Virus genome (UHGV): UHGV-1362809 | Length of the DNA stretch: 64,000 nucleotides | Source of the DNA: a virus | Direction: 5' to 3' (one strand) | Part shown: piece after piece, positions 26,784 through 36,296 of the stretch | Numbering within the stretch: position 1 is the first letter of the stretch | Layout: each line of letters opens with the position of its first letter | Position numbers and translations under genes: made by a program | The notes under the pieces: model-generated | What the model was told of the DNA's origin: nothing | Seen by the model: only the letters and a program-made list of their open reading frames with translations | Database searches by the model: none

Positions 26784-27499
26784 TTGTGTAAAATAGGACT
26801 TAACATATAGTCCAAAACACTAATGTCCTTTTTAGTAAGATTGTTTATTTCAGAAATCTCTATAACCCCTACCCTATCTAAATCCAAAGAGGCTAAAAAG
26901 TTTTTTATTTTTTTAGGCGATAAACCATTTTCCACATTGTAATGACATGACCTATAAAACTTAGGGTCTAATGCGTCTACGTCAATACTTATACAAATTT
27001 TTTCGTCCTTAGGAATATCCCCAAACCCACAGATACTCAAGTTTTTAAGATTAGATGTTTCCTTAAAATCCGTACTTCTTGTACCTATTGCATATACCTT
27101 ATTTACAGGATACGAAACTAAAGATACAACATCTGGGTCTCCGACATGCCCTAAACAAGCTAAACCCATGCCATGTTCTTTTTTAGAAGGGGAAGTATCC
27201 CAAGTATTAGCATCTAAGTGTGCGTCTATATAAACAACATTAGGATACTCTTTCAAATAAGGAGCTAAAACTGCAACATTGAGACAATGATTAGACGTAA
27301 AGTACACATTGGGAAGGTCACCTCTCGGTGACACTTCCTTAAATGTATCCTTCAACACACCATACCAGTTATGGTCTTTTAATCTATCCTTAGGATCAAC
27401 GTCATAGGTATAAACCCCTCCTATATGACTAACATATTTGGACACCGACGTATCACAAGGATATTTTCCACCGTACTTACAGTACAATCCTTTAATCAT
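26774..27499 (-). CDS. ureohydrolase-family enzyme (arginase/agmatinase/formiminoglutamase fold)
   Basis: VVYIDAHLDANTWDT (DAHxD) and CISIDVDALDP (SxDxDxxDP) manganese-binding signatures. Confidence 0.5.
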   Translation of the reverse strand: MIKGLYCKYGGKYPCDTSVSKYVSHIGGVYTYDVDPKDRLKDHNWYGVLKDTFKEVSPRGDLPNVYFTSNHCLNVAVLAPYLKEYPNVVYIDAHLDANTWDTSPSKKEHGMGLACLGHVGDPDVVSLVSYPVNKVYAIGTRSTDFKETSNLKNLSICGFGDIPKDEKICISIDVDALDPKFYRSCHYNVENGLSPKKIKNFLASLDLDRVGVIEISEINNLTKKDISVLDYMLSPILHKCA

Positions 27500-28977
27500 T
27501 TAACGTCCTCAAAAAAGTAATGTTCATATTCCTGAACTTCTTTCAAATGATTAATATGAAAGGCGGTTTGCCTTAACTGACAAGGACCGCAGTTACCACA
27601 AGGCTTATCATGGTCACGGTAGCAACTCCAAGTAAGGTGCAAAGGAGCTCCAATTTCCATACCAAGCTTTACAATTTCGTGCTTAACTAAGTTTTCCAAA
27701 CTTGATCTAATAACAGGTTTACTATGACAACCTAATGCCAGCACTTCATTAAATTTGTGCATAAATACAGTCTGGTTATCTCTATAAGCCCCTGCTTCTT
27801 CAAGGTTTAAACCGAGATAAATATTACCAATATTATATCTATCACAATAGGACGCAATCAAACCGATAAAAGCAGTATTACGAGCGGGAACCCAGTCAAT
27901 ATCCTTTTCTGAACCTTCCACAGGCTTACCAATGTCAGAATCATTACCATCAACAATAGTTGAGCCACCAAGATTTTTAATAAAGGATAAATCCATAAAC
28001 TCGCACTTGATTGTTTTTGTAGGGAATTTATCTTGCAGGTATTTGGTAATGTTTTTTACACATTCCACTTCTTTCTTTTCTGCACGACATCCATACAAAA
28101 AGTGCGCTAATGTTATTTCTTTGTATTGAGGGTCTTGACAGGCTAACGTAGCTGAAACGGTCGAATCTAAACCACCTGAACAAATTACGATAGCTTTACT
28201 TTGTGATTTCTTATAAGACTCTTCCTCCACTCCATAAAAAGGCTCTGTCGTATGTCCCTCAGCGGTCAAAACAATATGAGTAAAAGGATTAAAAGTAACA
28301 TGATTATACTTGTAGTTCTTCAACTCCGGCTCAATAAATTCAGACAAGGACGTAAAAATATAACAGTCAAAGTCATAAATATAGTACAGTTCGATTGGAG
28401 CAAAGTTTTTGTACAAGTGAAGGCTTAACTGCTTATCGTCGGTATTAAATAGTGCAGTAGCAATAGCTCCATCTAACTCATTCATTCGATTGTGGTAGGC
28501 ACAATAAGGAATCGCATAGGAATCAATAGATGTAGGAACCTCTACGCCTTTTAAAAGCTGCTTATCGTTGCAAATTGTACCATTATGCACAGCCCAAACT
28601 GTCTTATAATTGTAGGGCTGAATGTCTGCTTTTGAAACTTTGTCTAAACATTCCGTTGTAGGTTCAGCTCTAAAATTGCAAATGATAATACGGGATAAAT
28701 AGTCCAAAGAAATATTTTTATCTATCAACCGATGCAAGTACTTCTCTTTTTCAATTCTGCTACTACCAACAGGGATAGCTTCCTTTGTAGCAAAATGACC
28801 GTCTTCTACTTTGAAACTGTCATAGGATACAAAACCAAAACCGTCCACACCACGTTTAGTACTATTACGCAGAACTGCTTTAAAAAGCAGTTCTAATCGG
28901 TAGCGTTCTTCATCATTTATATCACGGGTTAGATAAACACCATTAATACTGCACATAGTAGTTCCTCTCTTACACAA
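27496..28977 (-). CDS. Gat-QueC fusion: class-II (Ntn) glutamine amidotransferase fused to QueC-like PP-loop ATPase
   Basis: N-terminal MCSINGVY (Ntn Cys2); PP-loop IVICSGGLDST; C-terminal QueC zinc motif WSCYRDHDKPCGNCGPCQLR. Confidence 0.65.
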   Translation of the reverse strand: MCKRGTTMCSINGVYLTRDINDEERYRLELLFKAVLRNSTKRGVDGFGFVSYDSFKVEDGHFATKEAIPVGSSRIEKEKYLHRLIDKNISLDYLSRIIICNFRAEPTTECLDKVSKADIQPYNYKTVWAVHNGTICNDKQLLKGVEVPTSIDSYAIPYCAYHNRMNELDGAIATALFNTDDKQLSLHLYKNFAPIELYYIYDFDCYIFTSLSEFIEPELKNYKYNHVTFNPFTHIVLTAEGHTTEPFYGVEEESYKKSQSKAIVICSGGLDSTVSATLACQDPQYKEITLAHFLYGCRAEKKEVECVKNITKYLQDKFPTKTIKCEFMDLSFIKNLGGSTIVDGNDSDIGKPVEGSEKDIDWVPARNTAFIGLIASYCDRYNIGNIYLGLNLEEAGAYRDNQTVFMHKFNEVLALGCHSKPVIRSSLENLVKHEIVKLGMEIGAPLHLTWSCYRDHDKPCGNCGPCQLRQTAFHINHLKEVQEYEHYFFEDVK

Positions 28978-29998
28978 TACCCATAAATTTGTACATATTA
29001 GCTACACAAGTGCTAACAATATTAGCCATAGGGTAGTCACCTCTAAATTCTGTGCTAATAATTTTGTCTAGTTCTTCATTGTTAGAATAACAGTTTAGAG
29101 GATATAATTCTTTATAACAGGGCATATCATTAAGTACTGGTATAGCCCCACTCAAATAGCCTTCTAAAATAGAATAGCCGAATGTTTCCAATACTGAGTC
29201 TGCCCATATATATTTTACATAACCCAATTTATCATAGTAATCTGCTTTATCTTTTGTAGGAACACATTCTATTAAATTAGGGTCTACTCCATTGTCTAAA
29301 CAAGTTTTAGTAACAGAGTCTCTAATGTTTTTATTGGGACTAAAAACAATAAATTTAAGATCCGACCCCATTTCTTTATATCGCTTTGCCTGTTTTACAA
29401 AGGAGTCAGGTCTTTTATCATCCGCCCAACGATGACAAAATACAATCGTATTTTGCTTATTAGGATGATTTTTAATAACAGATAAGTCTAATGGAAGCCC
29501 AGTCACTTTAATCTTATCTGCAATGGATTTATCACCAACTAATTCAGGCGTTATGCACATATCTTTCATATAATTGGTAGCTACTACCAAACCATCTACA
29601 TATTTTAACAAGTGAGTTTGAAAATCTACTGCCCAATCAGACCCATAAAGATAGTCCCCCGCTGTAATAGGGCTTGAGTGCCAAATACCATAATTTTTAA
29701 CTTTGATGTGCTTGGACGTACAGTAATGAAACAGAGATGTAAGAGCGGGATTCCAAAGGTCGCACCAAAATAGTATATCTCCATCCTTAATTTGGTCAAT
29801 AACTGTCTGAGTAACTTTTAAATAATAACGAGCCAGAACTTCATCATTATACACGGCACCAACTTGCGGAACTGGATATACTCCGTCAGAAATATAGCTA
29901 TAAGGGATATTATTATCCATAGCATATTTAACGATATCTCTTGTAATAGTTATTTCTGGTCTACCCTCAAACAATGGGGCTGCAATAATTCTTAACAT
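28970..29998 (-). CDS. GT-B-fold glycosyltransferase (GT4-like)
   Basis: ETFGYSILEGYLSGAIPVLND matches the E-x7-E donor-binding motif. Confidence 0.4.
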   Translation of the reverse strand: MLRIIAAPLFEGRPEITITRDIVKYAMDNNIPYSYISDGVYPVPQVGAVYNDEVLARYYLKVTQTVIDQIKDGDILFWCDLWNPALTSLFHYCTSKHIKVKNYGIWHSSPITAGDYLYGSDWAVDFQTHLLKYVDGLVVATNYMKDMCITPELVGDKSIADKIKVTGLPLDLSVIKNHPNKQNTIVFCHRWADDKRPDSFVKQAKRYKEMGSDLKFIVFSPNKNIRDSVTKTCLDNGVDPNLIECVPTKDKADYYDKLGYVKYIWADSVLETFGYSILEGYLSGAIPVLNDMPCYKELYPLNCYSNNEELDKIISTEFRGDYPMANIVSTCVANMYKFMGIV

Positions 29999-30010
29999 AT
30001 ATTTTCCTTC

Positions 30011-30958
30011 CTAACCTACTAATGGAATTGAACTAAACACATCATTATTTACAACATCAAAACCTGACTTGTATCTAAACTCTGGATTCCAAATTTGTTT
30101 ATAATCTAACCACCCTATACCCAAGTTTAAAGGCATATTCCACTTTTTGTCGTATATATTTTTTAAGGCGTGCATTATCAGACAATTACCAAGTGCGTCT
30201 TTTTCATACACAGCATCTGTATTTCTTTTTGTTTGAATCCAATAAAGTTCGTCTACATACCTAATAAAATAAGCTACCGCAATTAGCTTATTCCCATCAT
30301 AAATTGAACAGGTATAAACTTGACCACAATCTGCTAAGCAGTATAGGTAGTCCATTTCAAAGTCCCAACTTTTAATGTCTCCTTTTGAAGCCCAGTAGGA
30401 ATAATAATAGGGATTTAAGTCAGCTTCTGCATACAACAAGTCTTTTGAATTGAATACCTGTTTAAAGTCGAATTTAAACTTATTAATAGTCTTTTTATAC
30501 TGTCTATATATTCTATGTAGCTCTTTACTATGCGTTTCAAAGCTGTCTCTTAAAGTAATTACTACCTCAGGACGGGCTTCTTTATTTACGGCTAACCCAA
30601 AAGCACCAACGTAAGGCTCACACTGTTTGTATATAAACTCTTGATTGGGAATATTTAAATCCATTGGCAGTGTACAAAACAGGCTACCGTCTTCTTCTCT
30701 TTTTTGAATAAAAATAGGAAGGGCAAATTCTTTATCTTCGTCCAACAAAACCAAAGGGTCGCTTTGCACATAAGAAGATATAAGATTACCACAGGATGGA
30801 CATCTAAGTTTATTCAAACAAAAACAATTATAATATAAAAAAACACTACCCTCAAAAACACCGCCAGAAAACAGACGTTCAAAATATTTCAATGCTTTGG
30901 AATTAAAATTTGCTAATTTTACAGGTTGCATAGTAGTCCTCTTAGTAAGCAATAACAC
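30011..30958 (-). CDS. hypothetical protein (modification island)
   Basis: 315-aa ORF. Confidence 0.4.
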   Translation of the reverse strand: MLLLTKRTTMQPVKLANFNSKALKYFERLFSGGVFEGSVFLYYNCFCLNKLRCPSCGNLISSYVQSDPLVLLDEDKEFALPIFIQKREEDGSLFCTLPMDLNIPNQEFIYKQCEPYVGAFGLAVNKEARPEVVITLRDSFETHSKELHRIYRQYKKTINKFKFDFKQVFNSKDLLYAEADLNPYYYSYWASKGDIKSWDFEMDYLYCLADCGQVYTCSIYDGNKLIAVAYFIRYVDELYWIQTKRNTDAVYEKDALGNCLIMHALKNIYDKKWNMPLNLGIGWLDYKQIWNPEFRYKSGFDVVNNDVFSSIPLVG

Positions 30959-31883
30959 TCTTACCGTGTCTAGCTAGTTCCTTACAAATACCTTCAAAAT
31001 TGGGATTAATTTTAGCTAATTCATAGCATAAATGTTTATCCTTTAACATGATCCCTTTCAACCAAGTACGAGGTATATTTAATGAGTCCTTATAATCGAA
31101 AAATAACCCAAAGTCTACGGACTTACATCCTAATTTGTACCCCAACCTTACTGCTTCCTGATGTCCTACAACATAGCACCTATGCTTTTTTCTTAATGAT
31201 TCGTTCTCTGTAATCAAAATAAAAGGACCGAAGCATTCTTTTTCATTATTTGTATATGCAATAAATGTAAGTACTTCTTCATTAACAACTTTATCCATAG
31301 CTCTTATAATATAAACTTTATTACCATGTTTAATGTTATAAATAGTCTTAAAGTTTGAAACAAAAGATTCAACGGAAGTATCGGGGTATTGCTTTTGTTT
31401 TAACTGAAACAAGGGAACTAAGGTTTGTACGAAATCATCTAATTGCTTACTATTTTCCTGTATGATAAATTCCTGTACAGAAATATCTAAGTCGTTAAAT
31501 TTAGCTCCTTTTATATAGCTACTTTTACACGGAATACCTTTCTGCCAATCCTCAAAAGAAATATTTGTTAAATCTAATTTAGCAATAGGTGTAGAATCTA
31601 TACATTCAAATTCTGTATTGTTTTCCAACAGCTTAGTTATTACTTCGTGTTTATCTATTAGCTCATCAAACAACAAAAACGTCATAGGCTCCCCAGTAAG
31701 GCAGTCTACACCGAAGTAATAAACAAGCAAGTCTATATCATCACAAATGTAGTACAAAGTTTGATATTTTTCATCTAACTCTTTAAGAGAAGCTTGTTGG
31801 TCTTCATACTTTAGATTGTAGGTATGCTCAAACTTTTGTTTAACATCGTTATTTAAGTCTTCAAAAAATTTATGCAAAGCCAT
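30942..31883 (-). CDS. hypothetical protein (modification island)
   Basis: 313-aa ORF. Confidence 0.4.
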   Translation of the reverse strand: MALHKFFEDLNNDVKQKFEHTYNLKYEDQQASLKELDEKYQTLYYICDDIDLLVYYFGVDCLTGEPMTFLLFDELIDKHEVITKLLENNTEFECIDSTPIAKLDLTNISFEDWQKGIPCKSSYIKGAKFNDLDISVQEFIIQENSKQLDDFVQTLVPLFQLKQKQYPDTSVESFVSNFKTIYNIKHGNKVYIIRAMDKVVNEEVLTFIAYTNNEKECFGPFILITENESLRKKHRCYVVGHQEAVRLGYKLGCKSVDFGLFFDYKDSLNIPRTWLKGIMLKDKHLCYELAKINPNFEGICKELARHGKSVIAY

Positions 31884-31885
31884 TT

Positions 31886-32410
31886 TTACACCATCCTTGA
31901 ATAAGTCTGCACCGTAGTATCAAAGGAATCTACAACCCAAGATTGACTCTTATAATGACTTTTGATAACTTCAGCCATTGAGTCACCTTGAATAATAATA
32001 TCTGCTCCCTTTATACCATACCCAAAAACAAATAGATTCGGTACAAGAGTTTTACAGGTTTTAATTATACTGCCGACCTGCTTATGGTGGGGATGACCAT
32101 ACTCTCCAAACTCGTTATGGGATAACACCACATCATAGCACATACATAGGTCTTTAATTTGACGAATCAGTTGTTCGCTATCCCAACTGCTAATATGAGA
32201 TTCAAAATCGTTAGGGTTATCTTCGTGTTCTAAATTTAAAGCATACACCTTGCGTTTTTGAATAAAGGACTGAAAGCTATTCAGTTCTTCTAATCTTTCA
32301 GGAGTAGCTGAACAGGTAACAATATCCCAATCAAAGTTAAAAGTCTTTTCAAAATTTACACCGAACACGGCATCATCATCAGGATGTGCTATAATCATAC
32401 ATGCTTTCAT
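31886..32410 (-). CDS. LmbE/PIG-L-family deacetylase
   Basis: MIIAHPDDDAVFG matches the AHPDDE motif. Confidence 0.5.
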   Translation of the reverse strand: MKACMIIAHPDDDAVFGVNFEKTFNFDWDIVTCSATPERLEELNSFQSFIQKRKVYALNLEHEDNPNDFESHISSWDSEQLIRQIKDLCMCYDVVLSHNEFGEYGHPHHKQVGSIIKTCKTLVPNLFVFGYGIKGADIIIQGDSMAEVIKSHYKSQSWVVDSFDTTVQTYSRMV

Positions 32411-32418
32411 TTAATTCC

Positions 32419-33231
32419 TCAATTCACAGGTAAATCCATTATGTCTTTCACAAGCATATTAATACTTGCGTAATCCACAGAATTTTTACCTTCGTTATAC
32501 AGAATATCTAACAACTGCCAGTCGAACAAATCATTCCACCTAAGCACTACGTTGTTATTTACAATAGTAACAGGAGTATCCCGTGTTATATCATTCTCCT
32601 GTAAAGGAGCAACCTTATCGAAATAGCCAAAAGTTATATGCGCATGGTCTGAAAAGAATACGTCATAAACCATATTATCTGTAAGTTTTTCTACTCTAAT
32701 GGGAGTACGGTTTCCACTTTTTAGCATAGATATACAATGACCAGCTAAATCCCAACAGGTGTCTTCAAAAGTATTAACCCAGTCTGGTTTATGAGAGTGA
32801 CATTCGCATACTGAATTAACGTCTATGTACTTTAATGTAGGATGATAAGTCCATTCATAGCCAACAAAAAGAGTAAAAGCATACGGTTTAAACTCGATAG
32901 TTCTACCGCAAGGTTTTTCACACAGCACCTTACCAGTATAGCCACACCTTTGCAGACTATCTAAATAATGAATATGATAATCCGTAGGACAACATATAAT
33001 AACAAGGTCGGGGCTATCATTTACGAGATGTCTTATACTATCATATTTTGTAGGGGTTTCAGGAATATATACACCCTCTTCAATATCAGCCCATTTGTTT
33101 AATACATAGTCCCCCTTAGATAAAACAGTATCCGATGTATCATAGTACCCGATAAAATCGTTACCTGTTCTGACAATAGAACAAATATGAGCACTACCGA
33201 TGTTGAAAGCCCCTATTACAGAAATTCTCAT
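32419..33231 (-). CDS. Gfo/Idh/MocA-family NAD(P)-dependent oxidoreductase
   Basis: MRISVIGAFNIGSAH Rossmann start; DLVIICCPTDYHIHYLDSLQRCGYTGKVLCEKP matches the family's consensus-domain EKP motif. Confidence 0.5.
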   Translation of the reverse strand: MRISVIGAFNIGSAHICSIVRTGNDFIGYYDTSDTVLSKGDYVLNKWADIEEGVYIPETPTKYDSIRHLVNDSPDLVIICCPTDYHIHYLDSLQRCGYTGKVLCEKPCGRTIEFKPYAFTLFVGYEWTYHPTLKYIDVNSVCECHSHKPDWVNTFEDTCWDLAGHCISMLKSGNRTPIRVEKLTDNMVYDVFFSDHAHITFGYFDKVAPLQENDITRDTPVTIVNNNVVLRWNDLFDWQLLDILYNEGKNSVDYASINMLVKDIMDLPVN

Positions 33232-33241
33232 ACTACCCCTC

Positions 33242-34672
33242 TCACTTGTTGACCTTGAAAGTTTCCTTCATATTAGGATTATGATATTTATCCAGTACCT
33301 CTTTAATTCTATCCTTATGTTCATTAACATAAGAATACAAAGTATCTGTACTATCGTCTACTAAGGAACCCATAGTAGCGGATGAAAAAATACCTTGTGA
33401 GAAATACGGTTTAAATCTAGTGTCCGCTTTTTGCAAACCGTCATTCATATAACTCTCAACATAATCCAGCCCTAAAGAACATACGTTTTTACCGCTGTGG
33501 GTGCCGAGCATTTTTAAAATAACGGCTCTATAATCCTTAAAAGACAAATTTCTACTCAAAGTTGCTATAGACATCAAAGTTCTATAAATCTCTGAAATAT
33601 TATGTATTGTCAAACAGCGAATAACTGGATTAGATAACATGAAACTAAACACATCCATATATTTAACTAATCTACAAACAGCACATTGACAACACATTAA
33701 TCTATTGGGATTAAAAAACGAAAGATTGTTATGAATACTGCCAATTTGCAACCGTTCCGGAGACCTATTAAACTCTCTCTGCAAATGATACATACCTGAT
33801 CTTGCACTTTGCAAAGGAGTGCTTGAATCTGACGTAATCATTATATCGGGAAACTCATTTTCTGCTAAATATATGAAGGACGCCAAAATAGCAGGATTAT
33901 AAATTCCCAAAATATGAAAATGCTTATAACGGTCCTTATAATTAGATACAATCTGAATAAAGCTAGATATACACCCTACAATAGTAGAAGACGTATTCAA
34001 ACCCCCGATACAAAGTCTATCAATTCTATCATCATCCACAATATCTAAGTATCTTTTATATTTATCAGGCTCATACCCGTGGCAAACATTGATAAGCTCA
34101 ACACTACCGTCCAAGTTATCAATCAGTTTATTTGTATTCTGACGCTGTGTTTTTGCTGCATAAGTAAGAGTACTAATATCAATATTGTTATAGAGAGGTA
34201 TATCTAGCACAATACCCAAGTCAGCATTTTTATTATAAAAATTAGCTAAGTTAGCGGTATCAATATAATCTACTCTTCCAACCGCAACCTGATAACCGCC
34301 CGAATCACAAACAATTTTCAACCGATTAGGGTCTTTACCTTTTTTACAGCTCTGAGCTGACTTACTAAATTTACCATAGTTAGCTACATAGTTTATCATA
34401 GCTATTTCAGGATAGTCGATATTATCTGAAGTTTTATGAAAGGGAGAAATAGGAAGACATTCATCCCAGTCATAAATTTTGGTATGACTTAGTTTATCAG
34501 AGTCTTGTGTAAAAGTCAAGATACGGTCAGGTAATTGTAACTGCAAAATACGGGAATTTTGTTTGAGCACTTTCATAGTGTTTCCAAAATTCCCATACTT
34601 AACATATAAGGTTGTAGGAGCTTCTTGAGATGTGTCAAGCCCAGCCGGAATGTAAGAAAACATTTTTATCAC
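33242..34672 (-). CDS. dpdA: DpdA-like tRNA-guanine-transglycosylase-family protein (DNA 7-deazaguanine transglycosylase candidate)
   Basis: IVCDSGGYQVA (TGT DSGGFQ motif); zinc subdomain CCQCAVC...H. Confidence 0.6.
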   Translation of the reverse strand: MIKMFSYIPAGLDTSQEAPTTLYVKYGNFGNTMKVLKQNSRILQLQLPDRILTFTQDSDKLSHTKIYDWDECLPISPFHKTSDNIDYPEIAMINYVANYGKFSKSAQSCKKGKDPNRLKIVCDSGGYQVAVGRVDYIDTANLANFYNKNADLGIVLDIPLYNNIDISTLTYAAKTQRQNTNKLIDNLDGSVELINVCHGYEPDKYKRYLDIVDDDRIDRLCIGGLNTSSTIVGCISSFIQIVSNYKDRYKHFHILGIYNPAILASFIYLAENEFPDIMITSDSSTPLQSARSGMYHLQREFNRSPERLQIGSIHNNLSFFNPNRLMCCQCAVCRLVKYMDVFSFMLSNPVIRCLTIHNISEIYRTLMSIATLSRNLSFKDYRAVILKMLGTHSGKNVCSLGLDYVESYMNDGLQKADTRFKPYFSQGIFSSATMGSLVDDSTDTLYSYVNEHKDRIKEVLDKYHNPNMKETFKVNK

Positions 34673-34698
34673 CTTTGATTATTAGTATTATATAACAT

Positions 34699-34833
34699 TT
34701 ACAACATACCTTTAGAAAAGCGTTTAGCTTTTCTATACTTATCTAACCAGTGTTGTACTTGATCTAAATTCCAAGATTCAATGTATCTAAGACCGTTTTG
34801 TTTAGCAACTTTGTTCTTTAATGGAACCTTTAC
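34699..34833 (-). pseudogene. decayed remnant of a Vsr-like homing endonuclease gene (last ~45 codons only)
   Basis: VKVPLKNKVAKQNGLRYIESWNLDQVQHWLDKYRKAKRFSKGML aligns to the C-terminus of the 10928..12118 and 3593..4837 proteins; the rest of the ORF is unrelated. Confidence 0.4.
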
Positions 34834-34906
34834 AGTCCATATTTCGTCTAAATACAAAAATAGAGGTAAGCCCCATCCATAAATGATGGTAGGGCTTACC
34901 ACAAAA

Positions 34907-35599
34907 TTACATAGTAAAACAAGAAGTTTTAATATTCTGAACCTGCGTATAAAATCTCTGTTCCATTGAAGCTTCCTCAAAGTAGCCACGAACTACTGTA
35001 GAGGAAGTAAGTCCATTACTTAATACCCCACGACAAGCCATACATCCATGACGACCAATTACCATAACAGCGGAACCATCACTGTCTATGCCTTCCAGCC
35101 AACTATTACCCTTATAAAGAACATCTGCTAAATTACGAGCATACTCTTCCTGCAACATAGGAAATTTAGGAATTTCACGAGCAATACGAGTCAATTTACT
35201 AAGTCCCAGTACCTTAGGAGCCTTCTTATTAGGAATGTAGCTTACATAAACTTCATAATTGACGGGCAAAAAATGATGTGGACATAAACCAATTACAGCT
35301 TCTTTAATGGACTGTGTAACGATTCCAGGATCGTACTGGGTAGGCTCCACTTGAAAGGTCTTCAAAAATCGTTTGCAGTTTTCAGCAATTTCAGTTTTAG
35401 GACGACACATATCAGCGAAAGCTTTTGCAGAACGCAGGTCAGATCCTGCAAAGTTAGCCATTTCGGCTCCTTCAAACTGACCTCCCGCGCACACTTGTTC
35501 AATCCATTTCTGTTTCAAACGATAAGACTCATCTAACAAAGTCATATCCAACTGGTCTCTATTTACTGTTGCCATTTTCATTTTCTCCAAAATGTACAA
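34907..35599 (-). CDS. folE: GTP cyclohydrolase I (FolE)
   Basis: GLCPHHFLP and VIGRHGCMACRGV signatures; VLGLSKLTRIA. Confidence 0.75.
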   Translation of the reverse strand: MYILEKMKMATVNRDQLDMTLLDESYRLKQKWIEQVCAGGQFEGAEMANFAGSDLRSAKAFADMCRPKTEIAENCKRFLKTFQVEPTQYDPGIVTQSIKEAVIGLCPHHFLPVNYEVYVSYIPNKKAPKVLGLSKLTRIAREIPKFPMLQEEYARNLADVLYKGNSWLEGIDSDGSAVMVIGRHGCMACRGVLSNGLTSSTVVRGYFEEASMEQRFYTQVQNIKTSCFTM

Positions 35600-36296
35600 T
35601 CTTGTTGTTTAATAGCCTATAATCATTAAACAACCATTTAATAAAGCTTACAGGGTATTCTTTTGTACCATAGCTATTATAGTTCACACCTTTCCCCTGC
35701 TGTTTAAAACTATACAATAATTTACAACATTTAACAAAGTCTTTTTTACTCTTAATAAGACCAAAAAACCGTTTCAATAAATATCTGTCAAAGGAATTTT
35801 TTACATATTCTTCATAGCCTATCTTATAATTCCCTGCAAACCAGTTGTTGTATAGTTTTAAAAGAAATTCTGCTCTTTTATCGCCTATACTGGAACAGTC
35901 TAATAGATAAAATAGTTCTCTTCCTATTTTACCTTTTGGACGATACCCTACAAAATTAGGCAAATAATCAATATTATACTGCTTATCCTTTGCAACAATG
36001 TTTATGTCTTCATAGTGAAAAGGAATAGATACATAACTGCTAAACTTATTAACCTTACAGTCAACAATAGGACATCCAATCTCTGTTAAAAACAAAACAT
36101 TGTCAAATAAGACAATAGTGCTTTTTGATTTAGATAGTAGGTCAAAGCACTTGAAAAAAGTATTAGCACAAGGACATAATAGATAATCAGAATCTTTTAT
36201 CTTTTTACCTTTGATTATACCAACCTTCTTTCCGTGTTCTTTTAAAGCTAAATAAACATCAGCTACGCTATTATTGCATATACCTACGAGCTTCAT
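35559..36296 (-). CDS. hypothetical protein
   Basis: 245-aa ORF. Confidence 0.4.
   Translation of the reverse strand: MKLVGICNNSVADVYLALKEHGKKVGIIKGKKIKDSDYLLCPCANTFFKCFDLLSKSKSTIVLFDNVLFLTEIGCPIVDCKVNKFSSYVSIPFHYEDINIVAKDKQYNIDYLPNFVGYRPKGKIGRELFYLLDCSSIGDKRAEFLLKLYNNWFAGNYKIGYEEYVKNSFDRYLLKRFFGLIKSKKDFVKCCKLLYSFKQQGKGVNYNSYGTKEYPVSFIKWLFNDYRLLNNKIVHFGENENGNSK

Noticed and set aside
27496-28977. Alternative reading of Gat-QueC as asparagine synthetase B (MCxI Ntn + SGGLDS PP-loop)
   Set aside because: The C-terminal CxxCxxC zinc motif preceded by WSCY matches QueC, not AsnB, and the gene sits with folE and dpdA. AsnB-like is kept only as a minority possibility.
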